A stretch of DNA of 64,000 bases from Octopus vulgaris (lineage: Eukaryota): contig OX597822.1 in the NCBI GenBank assembly GCA_951406725.2, forward strand, positions 59,768,001 through 59,832,000, read 5' to 3'. This document shows positions 1 through 13,827 of this stretch, piece by piece. A program made the translations under genes and the position numbers. The stretch's first letter is position 1. Each line of letters opens with the position of its first letter. The notes beneath the pieces were generated by a model, which saw only the letters and a program-made list of their open reading frames with translations, ran no database searches and was not told where the DNA came from.

Positions 1-1298
1 CCAACAAAACAGTTGCTAGCTTCAGCATGGCAGGAAATTTAATAAATAATCTACTAATGAAAGGTTTAGTGAAGACAGTAAGAAAACGACTTTACATGGA
101 CAGAAGAAAGCAAATGTACGAAAATATATTAAAGAATTTGTACAACTCCCATCACGATTTTTCGACACAACAAAAAGCATCTGGAATATAGTTTTAAGAA
201 ACAACGATAGTAGATGGGCAGTTACACTCTGCAAACTAATATAAGAGCAAACAAATCGACAGCATGCATATGTGTGACATGAAATCAATAGAAAAGGTTG
301 AATTCGAATATTGCCCTTTCAAAAAAAAAATGAAGGAAGGCAAACCGAAGAAAAAAATGAGAAGACAGGATGGATTCGAAAAGAGACAAAGCACATGTAA
401 AAAACAGAATTATAGGAAAAGTGCAGGATACTGTGGGACAGAAGAAATACGTCAGATTCTCATGATAACATGAAATCAACAAGGGTTAGTCGCCATGTGA
501 TTTAAAACGTGATGTCGATTTTTAACAGCTATAAAATTTATATAACCAAGACCCTTTGCGATGTGCTTTACAACGCCTTGACTACGCACAATTATCAGAG
601 TTAATTTTGAAAATGTGATTGTGAATGTTCTGATGGGTCAGACAAATAGCTTTATTGATCTAAACGTTATTGATCTAAATCAAACATATAAGATCTGAGA
701 TGAAATATGAAAAAACATTAATTCAAAGGAACGTAGTGGTGATTTTGATGTAACGTTTTTGAAAACACAGCTCTTCCCTCTTTACGCACACCCACACATA
801 TATACAGACATATATATATTTATGTAATTGTACACAGATGAAACTATCACAAGCAATACCATCAATGTTACCACTACAGTCAACATAATAACCATCCCAG
901 CTACCTCCATCACCATCACTACCTCTGCTATCAATGGCATCAGTGAAAAGGTTCAGATGATTCGAGGTGGTGCCTACAGTCTGGATCACCTGGTGGACAA
1001 CAAAATTATATCTAATATACATTCATAAAGCCCAAATATATATATATACACAAACACCTGTCGTACACATGAGCAGGGTATATAACAATCTCGTTCATTG
1101 TATATCATGTGTGCGTGTGTGTGTATGTGTATGTATGTGTGTGTGCGTGCGCGTGTGTAACTTTTTACCAACATAACCTGTTTACCAGTAAATATATGTT
1201 TCTTCACTTCCCTTTTTGAGCCAGTATCGGGAGGTAAAAATCACTTTTGTTAGACTCATTGTTTCAAGAATACATACATACATACATACATACATACA

Positions 1299-1329
<31 letters not shown>

Positions 1330-1593
1330 GTATATGCCTGTGTATTGGTGAGCAAGCACATGTGCGTGTGTGTGTGTCTGTATGTGGTCGAACTCTATCG
1401 TTGGACGATGAAAATACTGATTTTGACATAAGAGTCTGTATCCTGGGGATTAGTACGGCATAGTCCGTATTATCAGTATACTCTCTTAATCCTAAGGATA
1501 CTGACTCTGATGTCAAAATCATGTGATTTGTGGAAACGTGCGTAGTGATGTATTATAAATTTATAAATTCCATCCTATAATTATTGTCATTAC

Positions 1594-1659
<66 letters not shown>

Positions 1660-1979
1660 TGTGAGTGTGTGTGTGTGTCTGTGAGTGTGTGTGTGTGTAT
1701 GTGTGTGTATGTGTTGTGTGTGTGTGTTTATTGATATAAATATGTTTGCACACACACTCACACGTAACATTGTATATTTCTATACATACAGATATGTGCG
1801 TATGTGTGTGCGTATGTGCGTGTGTGTGTGTGTGCGTATGTAAATGTATATAGTGGTTTGGCAGAAGAAATCAATAGAATATGTTGCAGGTTTTAAAAAG
1901 AATGAGTAGTGAGGTCGATTTGTTCAGCTAAAATTCATTAAGGCGGTGTCTCAGCAGTATAATGACAAACAAGTAAAGG

Positions 1980-2053
<74 letters not shown>

Positions 2054-2068
2054 GCTTACACACACACG

Positions 2069-2102
<34 letters not shown>

Positions 2103-2485
2103 GAGAGAGAGACAGACAGACAGACAGACTGATAGATAGATATGTGTATATGTATATATATAGAGAGAGATAAGGCTCACATACACACATACCCATATAT
2201 GCATACATTTACGAATATATATATATATAATAACAATTTAATAAATAAAACATATGCATACATACATATATGTACATTCCTACATCTATATGTATATATA
2301 CATGCATATATGAGTACAGGGTACCACAAATAAACGTAGAACACAACGAGAAACGAAAACATAAAATCAAACAAGGAAACGGACTTTTTTTAGCAACGAA
2401 AAAACAGAGTACAAGACAAACAATACAAGGAATATTCCCCTTCTTCAGCTGCCCCTGTTTCGACTCAATACGTGTTTCGAAGGTA

Positions 2486-2528
<43 letters not shown>

Positions 2529-2530
<2 letters not shown>

Positions 2531-2733
2531 TTTTATTTGTTTCAGTCATTTGACTGCGGCCATGCTGGAGCAACGCCTTTTGTCGAACAAATCGAGCCCT
2601 GAACTTATTTTTTGTAAGCCTAGTACTTATTCTATCGGACTCTTTTTGCCGAACCGGTAAGTTACGGGTACGTAACCACACCAGCATCGGTTATCAAGCG
2701 ATGTTGGGGAGAGGGAGCAAAATTCAGACACGC
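2529..2733 (-). mobile_element. SINE family A, 3' half
   Basis: Reverse complement of ~27060-27255. Confidence 0.75.
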
Positions 2734-3066
2734 AAGAAATAAGAGTTAAACCTCATATATGTATATATATATATATAGTAAATCAAATGAAAACAAACTC
2801 AAAAAAGAAATCAACGCGAGGACGTGGTACTTGTAAAGAGTTAAACCTCATATATGTATATATATATATAGTAAATCAAATGAAAACAAACTCAAAAAAG
2901 AAATCAACGCGAGGACGTGGTACTTGTAAAGTTTTAGCAGGCGCTCAGGGAAGGTAAAAATGGAGGCAAAGCTCTTCTTCAGAAACAGAGGAATGTCCAA
3001 TAGTAAAGTAAGACGGATGAAAATATCGCCAACGATTCACATGTGGTTACACACACACGCACACAG

Positions 3067-3171
<105 letters not shown>

Positions 3172-3180
3172 ATATATATA

Positions 3181-3391
3181 TATAATTATAACAATAAGGG
3201 TTTAGCAACAAGTTGCTTGACCACATACCGAAAATTTTAGAAATAGCAGCCAAAAGACTACTATTTATTTTTCTACAAAAATATGCCTCCACGTCTGTGG
3301 AGGCATATTTTTGTGGCTGTGGCTGCTATTTCTAAAATTTTCGGTATGTGGTCAAGCAACTTGTTGCTAAACCCTTATTGTTATAATTATA
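3181..3391. repeat. Foldback palindrome: perfect 72-bp arms plus an inner 18-bp hairpin
   Basis: 3181-3252 is the exact reverse complement of 3320-3391. Inner arms 3275-3292 / 3297-3314. Confidence 0.95.
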
Positions 3392-3562
3392 TATATAAAA
3401 AGAACTTTTTGTATAAGTTTTTACCGAATATGGTATTTTTCCATACAGAAAAACTACTAGGTGAAATTTGTTGATTTTATTGAATTAATAATTTTTCACC
3501 CTATATCTGCAAATATATATATATACATACTTACATATAAGACCAAAGGGGTACGGGTGCTG

Positions 3563-3634
<72 letters not shown>

Positions 3635-3644
3635 ATATGTAAAA

Positions 3645-4236
3645 AAATACAAACTGGGACAAGAAAGCAAAAAAAACTCGGACGGGACACTCGAAGCCCT
3701 CAATCTTCAGTCAAGAACCAGATCCTCCTCGCAACCTCGGCCGATCAATCCTGTGACCGCTCCGATCCGGCCAGCCCCAAAGGAAAATCAAGCCAAGCGC
3801 ACTAGATTCCCTGGAAGAAAGCCTCGAATGTACACCGCGGCAAGACATATTTTTTTTCTCTCTGCCCTAAAGCATTTATCTAACACGCCAGCTCAAAGTT
3901 TGCTCGTCCTGTCGAAAGACGCCTGTCTGTGACGTCCTGTTTTTGTTATTGTTGTTATCATTATTGTTTTTGCGTATTTTTGTATTCTTGTTCGTGTGGC
4001 CTCGTCCGTTTTTCCGTCCTTGTTTTGTGTACATTCGAGGCTTTCTTCCAGGGAATCTAGTGCGCTTGGCTTTGATTTCCTTTGGGGCTGGCCGGATCGG
4101 AGCGGTCTCAGGATTGATCGGTCGAGGTTGCGAGGATGATCCGGTTCTTGACTGAAGATTGAGGGCTTCGAGTGTCCCGTCCGTGTTTTTTGTATCGTCT
4201 TCTAAATGTTTTGCGTTCTTGTCCCGGTTTGCATTT
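3645..4236. repeat. Inverted repeat, ~190-bp arms with ~190-bp spacer
   Basis: 3645-3835 matches the reverse complement of 4027-4236 with few mismatches and one indel. Confidence 0.9.
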
Positions 4237-4242
4237 TTTTTT

Positions 4243-4384
<142 letters not shown>

Positions 4385-5210
4385 GTGTGTGTGTGTGTGT
4401 GTATGCAAGGTATATTGAAATAACGCAAAAGTGGACGTAGCCTTTTTATTATCCCATATATTTCGTTCGAATTGCACATGTTAGTAAAGTAACTCTTTCT
4501 CTTCACAAAGGCACTACTCGACACAGTGTCTATGACGAGCGATGCCATTGTTCCATCGTTGAACTCTACACTCTAATTCATACTGGAAAAAATCCAACTC
4601 TTCGCTGATATGTTCACTTCGACATCCACTTGTCTCTTGTAAAATATCGTTGATAATTTGTTCGGCCCTCCATTAGACCAAACAGAGTGTGGATAGAATA
4701 CATGAGGTCCGAGCTCTACGGTTGATGGAGGACTAGTGACCAGCCAAATTTGGTTTATAACTGCATTTGCTGCCAAACACTTAAGTGGTCACATGTTGCA
4801 CCATTTCGTGTTTTCTTTTAATTTGAATGTGGATAGTTTTCAGATTATTGTCCCGTTTCTTCTTACTGGTGGCTTGTCTAAGCTTCTTGTGTGACACAGT
4901 GTACCATTCACTCTTCATCATGCACCCACTTACCAGGAAACTGAAGGAGATGATGCTCTCCTCATCTTGATTTTCTGAAACGTCTTCTGGAAAAGCAGTC
5001 CTCATAATTTTCTGTGCTGATCGGTGATTCTATTTGTATGTATGTATGTATGTATGTATGTATGTATGTATGTATGTATGTATGTATGTATGTATGTATG
5101 TATGTATGTATGTATGTATGTATGTATGTATGTATGCATGTATGTATGTATGCATGTATGTATGTATGCATGTATGTATGTATGCATGTATGTATGTATG
5201 TATGTATGTA

Positions 5211-5916
5211 GTGGAGGTGCATGGACTAGTGGTTACAGCAGCGGACTCGTGGTCGAGAGATCACGGGTTCGAATCTCAGACCAGGCGATGTATTTATGAG
5301 CGAAACACCTAAGCTCCACGCGGCTCCGGCAGAAGGTAATGGCGAACCTCTGCAGACTCTTTCGCCACAACATTTTCTCACTCGTTCCTTCTGCATCTGC
5401 ATCTTGCAGCCCACCTGCGACGGACCGGCGTCCCGTCCAGGTGCGGAATCTATATGCTAATGGAACCAGGAAACCGGCCCTTATGACCCATGCATGGCTC
5501 GAGAAGGAACAAACATGTATGTATGTATGTATGTATGTATGTATGTATGTATGTATGTATGTATGTATGTATTATGTATGTGTGTGGGTGTGTATGTATG
5601 TATGTATGTATGTAGTGGAGGCGCATGGACTAGTGGTTAGAGCAGCAGACTCGTGTTTGAGAGATGGTGGGTTCGAATCTCAGACCGGGCGATGTATGTG
5701 TTTATGAGCGAAACACCTAAGCTCCACGCGGCACCGGCAGAAAATAATGGCAAACTTCTGCTGACTCTTTCGCCACAACTTTCTCTCGTTCTTTCCTCCT
5801 GCATCTTGCAGCTCACCTGCGACGGACCGGCGTCCCGTCCTGTTGAGGAACCTATATGCCAAGGGAACCGGGAAACCGGCCCTTATCAGCCAGGCATGGC
5901 TTGAGAAGGAACAAAC
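5211..5916 (+). mobile_element. Two tandem copies of tRNA-derived SINE family C (5211-5514, 5615-5916) in (TATG)n
   Basis: A-box tggactagtggt and B-box ggttcgaatct. The two copies are colinear. Confidence 0.85.
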
Positions 5917-6436
5917 ATGTATGTATATATGTATGTGTGTGGGTGTGTATGTATGTATGTATCTATGTATGTATGTATGTATATATGTATGTGTGTATGT
6001 GTAGTGAAAGGAATCCGACCAACCCCAAGTGACTAAATGTAGACTATCCCATTGTTATAAAATAAAGAACTGTGAACGATTGGTATCGTGTTGGTACAGT
6101 TCACCGTCAGCCTTTTATATACAGCGTTGAGTCTGGTGTAATAAAAATAGTACTGCGTCGGTTATATGCTTTCTTCCACCTGCTTCGTTATTTTTTATAC
6201 CCAATACAAGGATATAAAAGTATGTACGTATGTATGTTTGTGTATGTGTATGCATATATATATACATGTGCGTGTGTATGCGGGGGCGATGAGGTGGATG
6301 TGGATGTGGATCTTTAGGTACGCAGGTAGTTAGATAGGTATGTTGGTGTATGCACACACACGGTGTATGTGAGTGGGTGCGAGTGTGTGTGTATATGTGT
6401 GTGTGTATGCGTGTGTATATGTGTGTGTATGTGTGT

Positions 6437-6473
<37 letters not shown>

Positions 6474-7702
6474 CAACCTGAATCACTAGATGGTAGCTAA
6501 ACATGACAAAAATATTAACCATATCGTTCTTAAATCGTACACGAACATCAATAAGACAACAGCGATATATACATAGCAAATAATTCCTGCACTCACATGT
6601 ACACACACACACACATGCACACACACACACACATGTACACACACACACACATGCACACACACATGCACACACACATGCACACACACACACACACATACGC
6701 ACGCACGCACATAAATACGTACAAATCTAAACAGTACATATATAGACACACGCATATACATAACACACGTATAGCAGTTTTTACGGATACATACTGACAA
6801 AGACGTCACTCTTCGAGCGGTCTGTCGAACTGCCGCAAAAACAACCAAATCACTCTCAAAGTACTCAAAATGAAGACTTAAAGACAGTAAGGCCACAATC
6901 GGTAATGCTGTCTCAGATACTCAAAAGAATGTTCACTGTTGTAATGGCTTTTATCATAGATCTAGATAAGAGCTAACATTTGGGTGTTGCAAAACAAAAG
7001 TTTGCTTCTATCGGTAAACAAAGACGAGCTGAAATTACACACTCACACACTCTGTAGTTTTAAAAAGTGGGTAGAATCAATGGATAATGCTATCCATGAC
7101 AACGAAAAATAGTATACCCTCGGATGAAAGACATTTTATACAAAGGTCTGTCTTATCACAACTAATTTCGGACTAACGAACAAAAAGTGGAGTTCATTGC
7201 ACATATCTCAAAGTAACTTATTTTACGCCCATGATTCTTTCGTGTTGCGCAGAGTATGTCGGAGAAAGTGAAAGTAGACTGGGAAATAATTATGAAAATG
7301 GAGGAGAGTAGGAAAATCTGAAAACAAAACGAAAGAGGTGTGATTGGATATAGTGATTGTATTAATAGGGAGTAATATAGAAACTAATGTTACTTGTGCA
7401 TGTGGAGTGTGTTAAGGAGTAGAAGGTAAACTACTGAAAAATAAAGAATAAAGACAAAGAGATGTGCAAAGGATGAAAGTGGAAAGAGCAACAAAAATAC
7501 ATACACAAAAATGCATTCATATATATAACGCTCGAAACGTTAAACCCTCCTTCTTTCCTTCTTTCCTGAACGTCCAATAATACTATATTTGTTGCACGTC
7601 CTCGCGTTGTGTTTTTTTGTGCTTTCTTGTTTGGATTAACTATATATATATACACACACACATATATATATATATATACGTTTATATATTTGTTGTGCAA
7701 GA

Positions 7703-7744
<42 letters not shown>

Positions 7745-7747
<3 letters not shown>

Positions 7748-8048
7748 TAGCACTCCGTCGGTTGCAACGACGAGGGTTCCAGGTGATCAGATCAACAGAA
7801 CAGCCTCTTCATGAAAGTAATGTGACAAGGCTGGCCCTTTGAAATGCAGGCACAACAGAAACAGGAAGAAAGAATGAGAGAAAGTTGTGGTGAAAGCAGG
7901 TTTCCCCCCCCCTCCCACCTGCCGAAGCCTCGTGGAGCTTTAGGTGTTCTTCGCTCAATAAACACTCACAACGCCCGGTCTGGGAATCGAAACCGCGATC
8001 CTATGACCGCGTGGCTGCTGCCCTAACCACTGGGCCATTGCGCCTCCA
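7745..8048 (-). mobile_element. SINE family C-related copy
   Basis: Head ggaggcgcaatggcccagtggttagggc...ggtttcgattccc. A 5'-truncated relative lies at 19895-20195 (+). Confidence 0.75.
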
Positions 8049-8063
8049 CACACACATACACAC

Positions 8064-8211
<148 letters not shown>

Positions 8212-9965
8212 AATTCTCTTGTCATGGGCGAAAAATGGGGGTTCAGTAAAATAAAGAGTTAATCATGTTCTGTGGACACGATTGTGTTTCTTCAGGCCTG
8301 TTGCTCCCTTGCAAATCTTTTGGCAAACTGTACAAGTTAGGACTCAGTTTGCTTGAGTGCTTATGTATAATTTACTATGCGTTTTCATGAGTGTGTGCGC
8401 ATATATGCACGCGTGTGTTTGCGCATGTACGTATGTATGTATGTATGTATGTATGTATGTATGTATATATGTATGTACGAGTGCGTGTGTGTGTTTGTGT
8501 GTGTCTATGTACATGTGTGTATGTGGGTCGGAATGTGGATCATTAGATACATGCGTATGTGTTTGAATGTTCAAACAAGAAATAAAAGTATTCAATGCAA
8601 ACAAGTATAGTATAAATATTTTCTTACTTATAGATTATTCACACAAACATAAATATATACATACATAATACATATATATATATGTACATATGTATGTATA
8701 TATATTACTATGTGCGTGTGTGTAACTGTGTATATACACATACATACATACATACATACATACATACATACACTCTCACCCAAGCATACAGACATGCATG
8801 TGTGAGTCTGTATGTTGTATGTATAGAAAGGAAGGAGAGAAAACCGTTTACATCTAAATTCAAACTAAAAAGAAAAAAAATATTCTTCATTCTTAGAACA
8901 ATAAAACAAACCTAGATCCGTTTTTAGCTTTTAGTTTGTCACTTGTTTCAATATTATTATTGATTTAAATTCCTTTCGTTAACCTCTCTTTTTTTACCCC
9001 TTTCTTTCATCTCATTGACTGGAAATTTCATAAGTTCAATTGATTTCAATGTAACCAGGTGTACAGATTTTTTTGCCACTAAGTGTCAAGCAACATGTAC
9101 AATAGATTGTGTCTATGTTTGTTAGTTGTGGGAGTGCCTCACATTGCCAAAACAGTGACGTCAACAAAACAAAAGAGTTATTCCTAAATATTTGTCAAAG
9201 ACCCAGTTGTTCCAGTATCCTCCCGCTTACCGAACACCTTTTAGTAAACATGACATGAAGAAGGAACCAGCTAGATCGTGGCACCTGTTGATAGAAACAA
9301 AATTACAAATGAGATCAGATGTTGAAATAAATAAGAACAGATATTTCAACGTCCACTTCCATATTGTATCAACGTCTTGTCTGGGCAAATATGTTCTTTA
9401 CTTTGCAATATTTTCTCTTACATGAAGCCTGATCGAGCTAACGAGGGTTCTCTGCGTGGTAAACTGGAATTGCTAGAAATATCAGACAGTTTTACCTCAA
9501 GTTACACTTTCCCGTTTTAAGGAGTGTGGATTAGATAGTATCTGAATATTTGGAAACGTTTTCGATCATGGGCTGATCGACCAGGTTTGACCAAGGACTA
9601 AAGAACAGCAGCATAAATCTCAGAAAGTAAATGGTGGACGAGAGAAAACAATGTTGCGAAGTTTCAAAATATTTTAAGCATTTGTGAATAATGCACAACA
9701 CAACAGACGTTGTGGGGTGGTTAGTTGATTACAACAAAGAACGTAATTGAGAAGTAGCTACTTCTTCGATCTCAGCGGAATTTGAAATCAGAACGTAGTG
9801 TCATAAGTAATACAGCATAGCATTTCCTTGCAGCCTTACTTGTTCTGCCATCCACCGGCCAACGTACGAGCATCTATGCGGTAGGTAGATCTATAAGAAA
9901 TAGTTGCTAAATTCTCTCAATTCACAGTCTGTGTATCTGTAAAAATGATGTAGACGTGCCGAACA

Positions 9966-10921
9966 GTCGCAGGCGTGGCTGTGTGGTAAAAAGGCAGCGA
10001 GCTGGCAGAATCGTTAGAACGCCGGGCGAAATGCTTTGCGGTATTTCGTCTGCCGCTACTTTCTGAGTTCAAATTCCGCCGAGGTCGACTTTGCCTTTCA
10101 TCCTTTTGGGGTCGATTAAATAAGTACCAGTTACGCACTGGGGTCGATATAATCGACTTAATCCCTTTGTCCTGTTTGTCCCCTCTGTGTGTAGCCCCTT
10201 GTGAGCAGTAAAGAAATAAGAAAGTATCACACCGGGCGAAATGCTTAGCGGTTTGCCGTTACGTTCTGAGTTCAAATTCCGCCGAGGTCGACTTTGCCTT
10301 TCAACCTTTCGGGGTCGATAAATTAAATACCAGTTACGCACTAGGGTTGATGTAATCGACTTAATCCTTTTGTCTGTCCTTGTTAGTCCTCTCTATGTTT
10401 AGCCCGTGGTGGGCAATAAAGAAATAAGAAGCTTGCTTCCCAACTACATGGTTCCGAGTTCACTCTCACTGCGTGGCACCTTATGAAAGTGTCTTCTACT
10501 ATAGCTTTGGGCCGATCAAAGTTTTGTGAGTGTATTTGGGAGTCGGAAAATGAAAGAAGTCTATGCACAGCAGAGTTCAAACTCAATTTGTTCCAAGTGG
10601 CTTCCTGCTGCGTGCTTTAGCTTCGTTACTATGGTAACAGACCAGATACATATTGATCAGACCTTGTATATATGTATATATTTGTCTTTGCGTGCGCGGG
10701 TGCATGTTTGATCCCTGCCATCGCTTGATAACTGATGCTGGTGTGTTTATGTTCCCAAAACCTTGCAGTTCAGAAAAAGTGCTCGATAGAATAAGTACTA
10801 GGCTTACAATGAACAAGTCCTGGGGTCGAGTTCTTCGACTGAAACCCTTTAAGGAGGTGCTCCAGTATGGCTGCAGTGAAATGACTGAAACAAGTAAAAG
10901 AATAACAGAATAAAAGAATAG
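9966..10921 (+). mobile_element. SINE family A split by two tandem SINE family B copies (9993-10222, 10228-10427)
   Basis: The A head stops at tggtaaaaag and resumes at aagaagcttgcttcc (~10426). Confidence 0.8.
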
Positions 10922-11820
10922 TTACTACGGCCCCGGTCTTCCAGCACACAAAAAATGAAATCAGAATTGTTAGGGTGGGATGATTTTCATTATAAATTTA
11001 ATAAACCAAAACTTAGTTGGATCTAAATAACAACAGCATCAAAAAATAATTCCATAATACTTGTATCATAGAATAAACCTCTACGCAGTTACTCGACCTG
11101 CCAGAAATAACAACCAAGCCTACTAGATCTGCATTTACAACGTGAATAATCAAAGGCACGTGCCCTTTTACAAATGCTGTTTAATTATTTATTGTTAACA
11201 ACTACTATATCATTTGTATAACTAGGCATGTTAGAATACGCAAATTTCGCAATAAGTCAATTAAAAGTTTTATTATACTTATTAAAGGAAGAATGCTTCT
11301 CCAAACCATAAAGAAAATTCCAGATACATCCGAGGCTACATTAATTCCAAAAGGTGGGTTTAAATCACATCTCTCTTACGTAACTTATTTTTATAAGTTT
11401 TGTTGTTGAGAGTAGTATGGCTAATTCAAAATTCCAAATGTATTATAATAGCCCGCATTAGCAAAAAACTTTGGATATATTTGACGAAATATCGCGTGAT
11501 AAATCAATGATGGTTGGAATTTCTGTGAAGGTGTTCCAAGTTTTCGTTGATGCGTACAATGAAGGCTTCTATTAAGTTTCAGTGTTACATCTAGAAAGTT
11601 AACTACCTTACTTGTTATTTCCTGTCTTAATATACAGTCCTAAATTTTTGAAGAAATTTTAAAGCTTTTTTATCTTTCCCTCTTTTTACATTGCTACGTT
11701 TACAGAAGGCAAAAAGAACGTCGTCCCTATATAGACCCTTTTAATGCAATATAAAATGTAAATATACACTCAATAAATAACTTGTGCCGGGTCATTCGAC
11801 ACCATATAGTGTGTTTGTGT

Positions 11821-11883
<63 letters not shown>

Positions 11884-12377
11884 GTGTGTGTGTGTGTATA
11901 TGCATATATATATATATGTATATAAATACTGTGTGTGTGTTCATGTTTATGAGCGTAATTACACAGAAAAGATTCCTAGCGAACGCCATCAAAAATACTT
12001 TCGACTATCTATTTTTGTATGTTTTATGGGCTTTCATTCTTGTATTTTCTCTATAAATACACCAGCTTCGATTGACATAGCTATACTTTTTTGTGGGGAT
12101 GGGTTTCGTTGATTTAGGAACCACAGTTCGGCAAAAGTGTTTATTTTATCGACCCTGTCAGTACAAACGATAAAGTTAACCTTGCAGAACATTAACGGAT
12201 GTGGTCAAATACTACAAGGAACTTTGTCCACTGCTCCATGCACTCTAAAGATCCGTACCTATTAGTATATTATTTAGACGAGATATTACTACCATAATAC
12301 AAGGTATGCAGTAATGGAAATTGATTTTGAAATCTAGGTGTACGATAAGGCTGTACCCAAATATATTATTGAAGATC

Positions 12378-12513
12378 TGTTGTGTGTGGACGTCCCCAGA
12401 CGATGAAGTAGGCTAGCCCAATTCGTAGATATAGAAGAAGTCAAGTCAAGAGGAGCGTTGAGTAGCGAAGAGAGCAGTGTTGAGTAGAGGTCATCCGAAC
12501 GTGCGACATAACA
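12378..12513 (+). mobile_element. 136-bp solo LTR
   Basis: TGTT...AACA termini and a 5-bp TSD AGATC (12373-12377 / 12514-12518). Homologous to 50724-50840 on the opposite strand. Confidence 0.75.
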
Positions 12514-13225
12514 AGATCACAGATGCGTCCATTGGAGATCATCATTGTAACATTTTCACGACATGTTGGTTTGTTCATTTAGCCCTAAATATGCACACAC
12601 ATCCCCAAGAAAACTACATTGTACATATTCATACGAGATTCGTTAAAAACGTCCACGGATGACACATTAATATACGAATCTCATATTCATAACATACCTT
12701 GATTTTAAGAAAGATCCAATCCAAAAGCTTCCTCAAATTATATGTAAAAAGCCTTACTTGCATGTTCACAGTCTCATAATGGACTGGTAGAAGGATCTAC
12801 AATCCCTGCACTTAGTTGCAAACTGCAAAACTTTTACCAACCAGTTCGCTTAGTTATCGAAGTGTTATCCAACAAAAAATATCGGTTATCCTACAGAAAA
12901 TTAAAACTTAAAATAATGTTGGCAATTCTGGATACAAAATAGATTACGAAATAATTACAGTCTCCAATGTTTTTTTTTTTTTTATATATACATTTGAATA
13001 TTTTCCTTATTGTATATACTTACTTTCTTTAAATACAAACACATATACTCAGTTTCCATCGTTTACGCCAGCCTTATTAATATTAAGATATTTACAATAA
13101 AATTTTAAATCAATTTAGATTGGGAGCGGCTAATCGCAGCTCATTAAAGTAAAGTAGTGTGGTATTATAAAAAGAAATAAATTGCGATTTTCTTTTCTTT
13201 TAAAGAGCAGTAAACCGATTATACA

Positions 13226-13293
<68 letters not shown>

Positions 13294-13379
13294 AGGTTGA
13301 AAAGGAACATATGAGTTGATATATATGGAAAAATAAGTCAAGATAGAAAGTGCTAAATTAATTTTATAAAAAAACATTT

Positions 13380-13764
13380 CAGTCGTATGCAAGCCGGCGG
13401 GGCTCGCTCTGACCACTCTAATTTTTTCACAGTGAACGTACCGGCCGCCTCGAGCACTCGGCGAAGAGCGCCCTCGGAGGAACCATGCGGTCCGAAACGA
13501 CCGGGAGATGGACGCGCTGCCGCAACGCGAACGGCGACGCCCGACGACGCCTGCCTCATGGATCCCGCTCCGCCCGCGCGACGACGCCAGAGCGACGCCG
13601 CGCAGGCGTGAAACCGGACGAGCGAAGACAGGGCAGGGCGGCCGACGCGGCGGCAATGCGCGCAGAGCTCCGCGGTCCGACCGCGCACACACCGGCGAAC
13701 AGGGCCGGGAGTGCGAACGGACGGTCGGAGCGGACACGCGCGAAACGCGCCCGCGATGGCGCCG

Positions 13765-13765
<1 letters not shown>
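13380..13765 (-). rRNA. Orphan 18S rRNA gene fragment (expanded GC-rich V4 region), non-functional
   Basis: Isolated very GC-rich island. The reverse complement of ~13405-13440 reads CGTTCACTGTGAAAAAATTAGAGTGGTCAGAGCGAGC, close to the conserved 18S block TTTACTTTGAAAAAATTAGAGTGTTCAAAGCAGGC that follows V4. No other rDNA is in the window. Confidence 0.7.

Positions 13766-13827
<62 letters not shown>

Noticed and set aside
1-480. Lys-rich open frames at the window start
   Set aside because: No recognisable motif or splice structure; cannot be assigned.
828-1028. Thr/Ile-rich ORF resembling a mucin exon
   Set aside because: Degenerate (ACC/ATC) repeat with no supporting neighbouring exons.
5211-5290. 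tRNA-like sequences here and at other SINE heads
   Set aside because: They continue into SINE bodies and lack a complete cloverleaf, so they are not tRNA genes.
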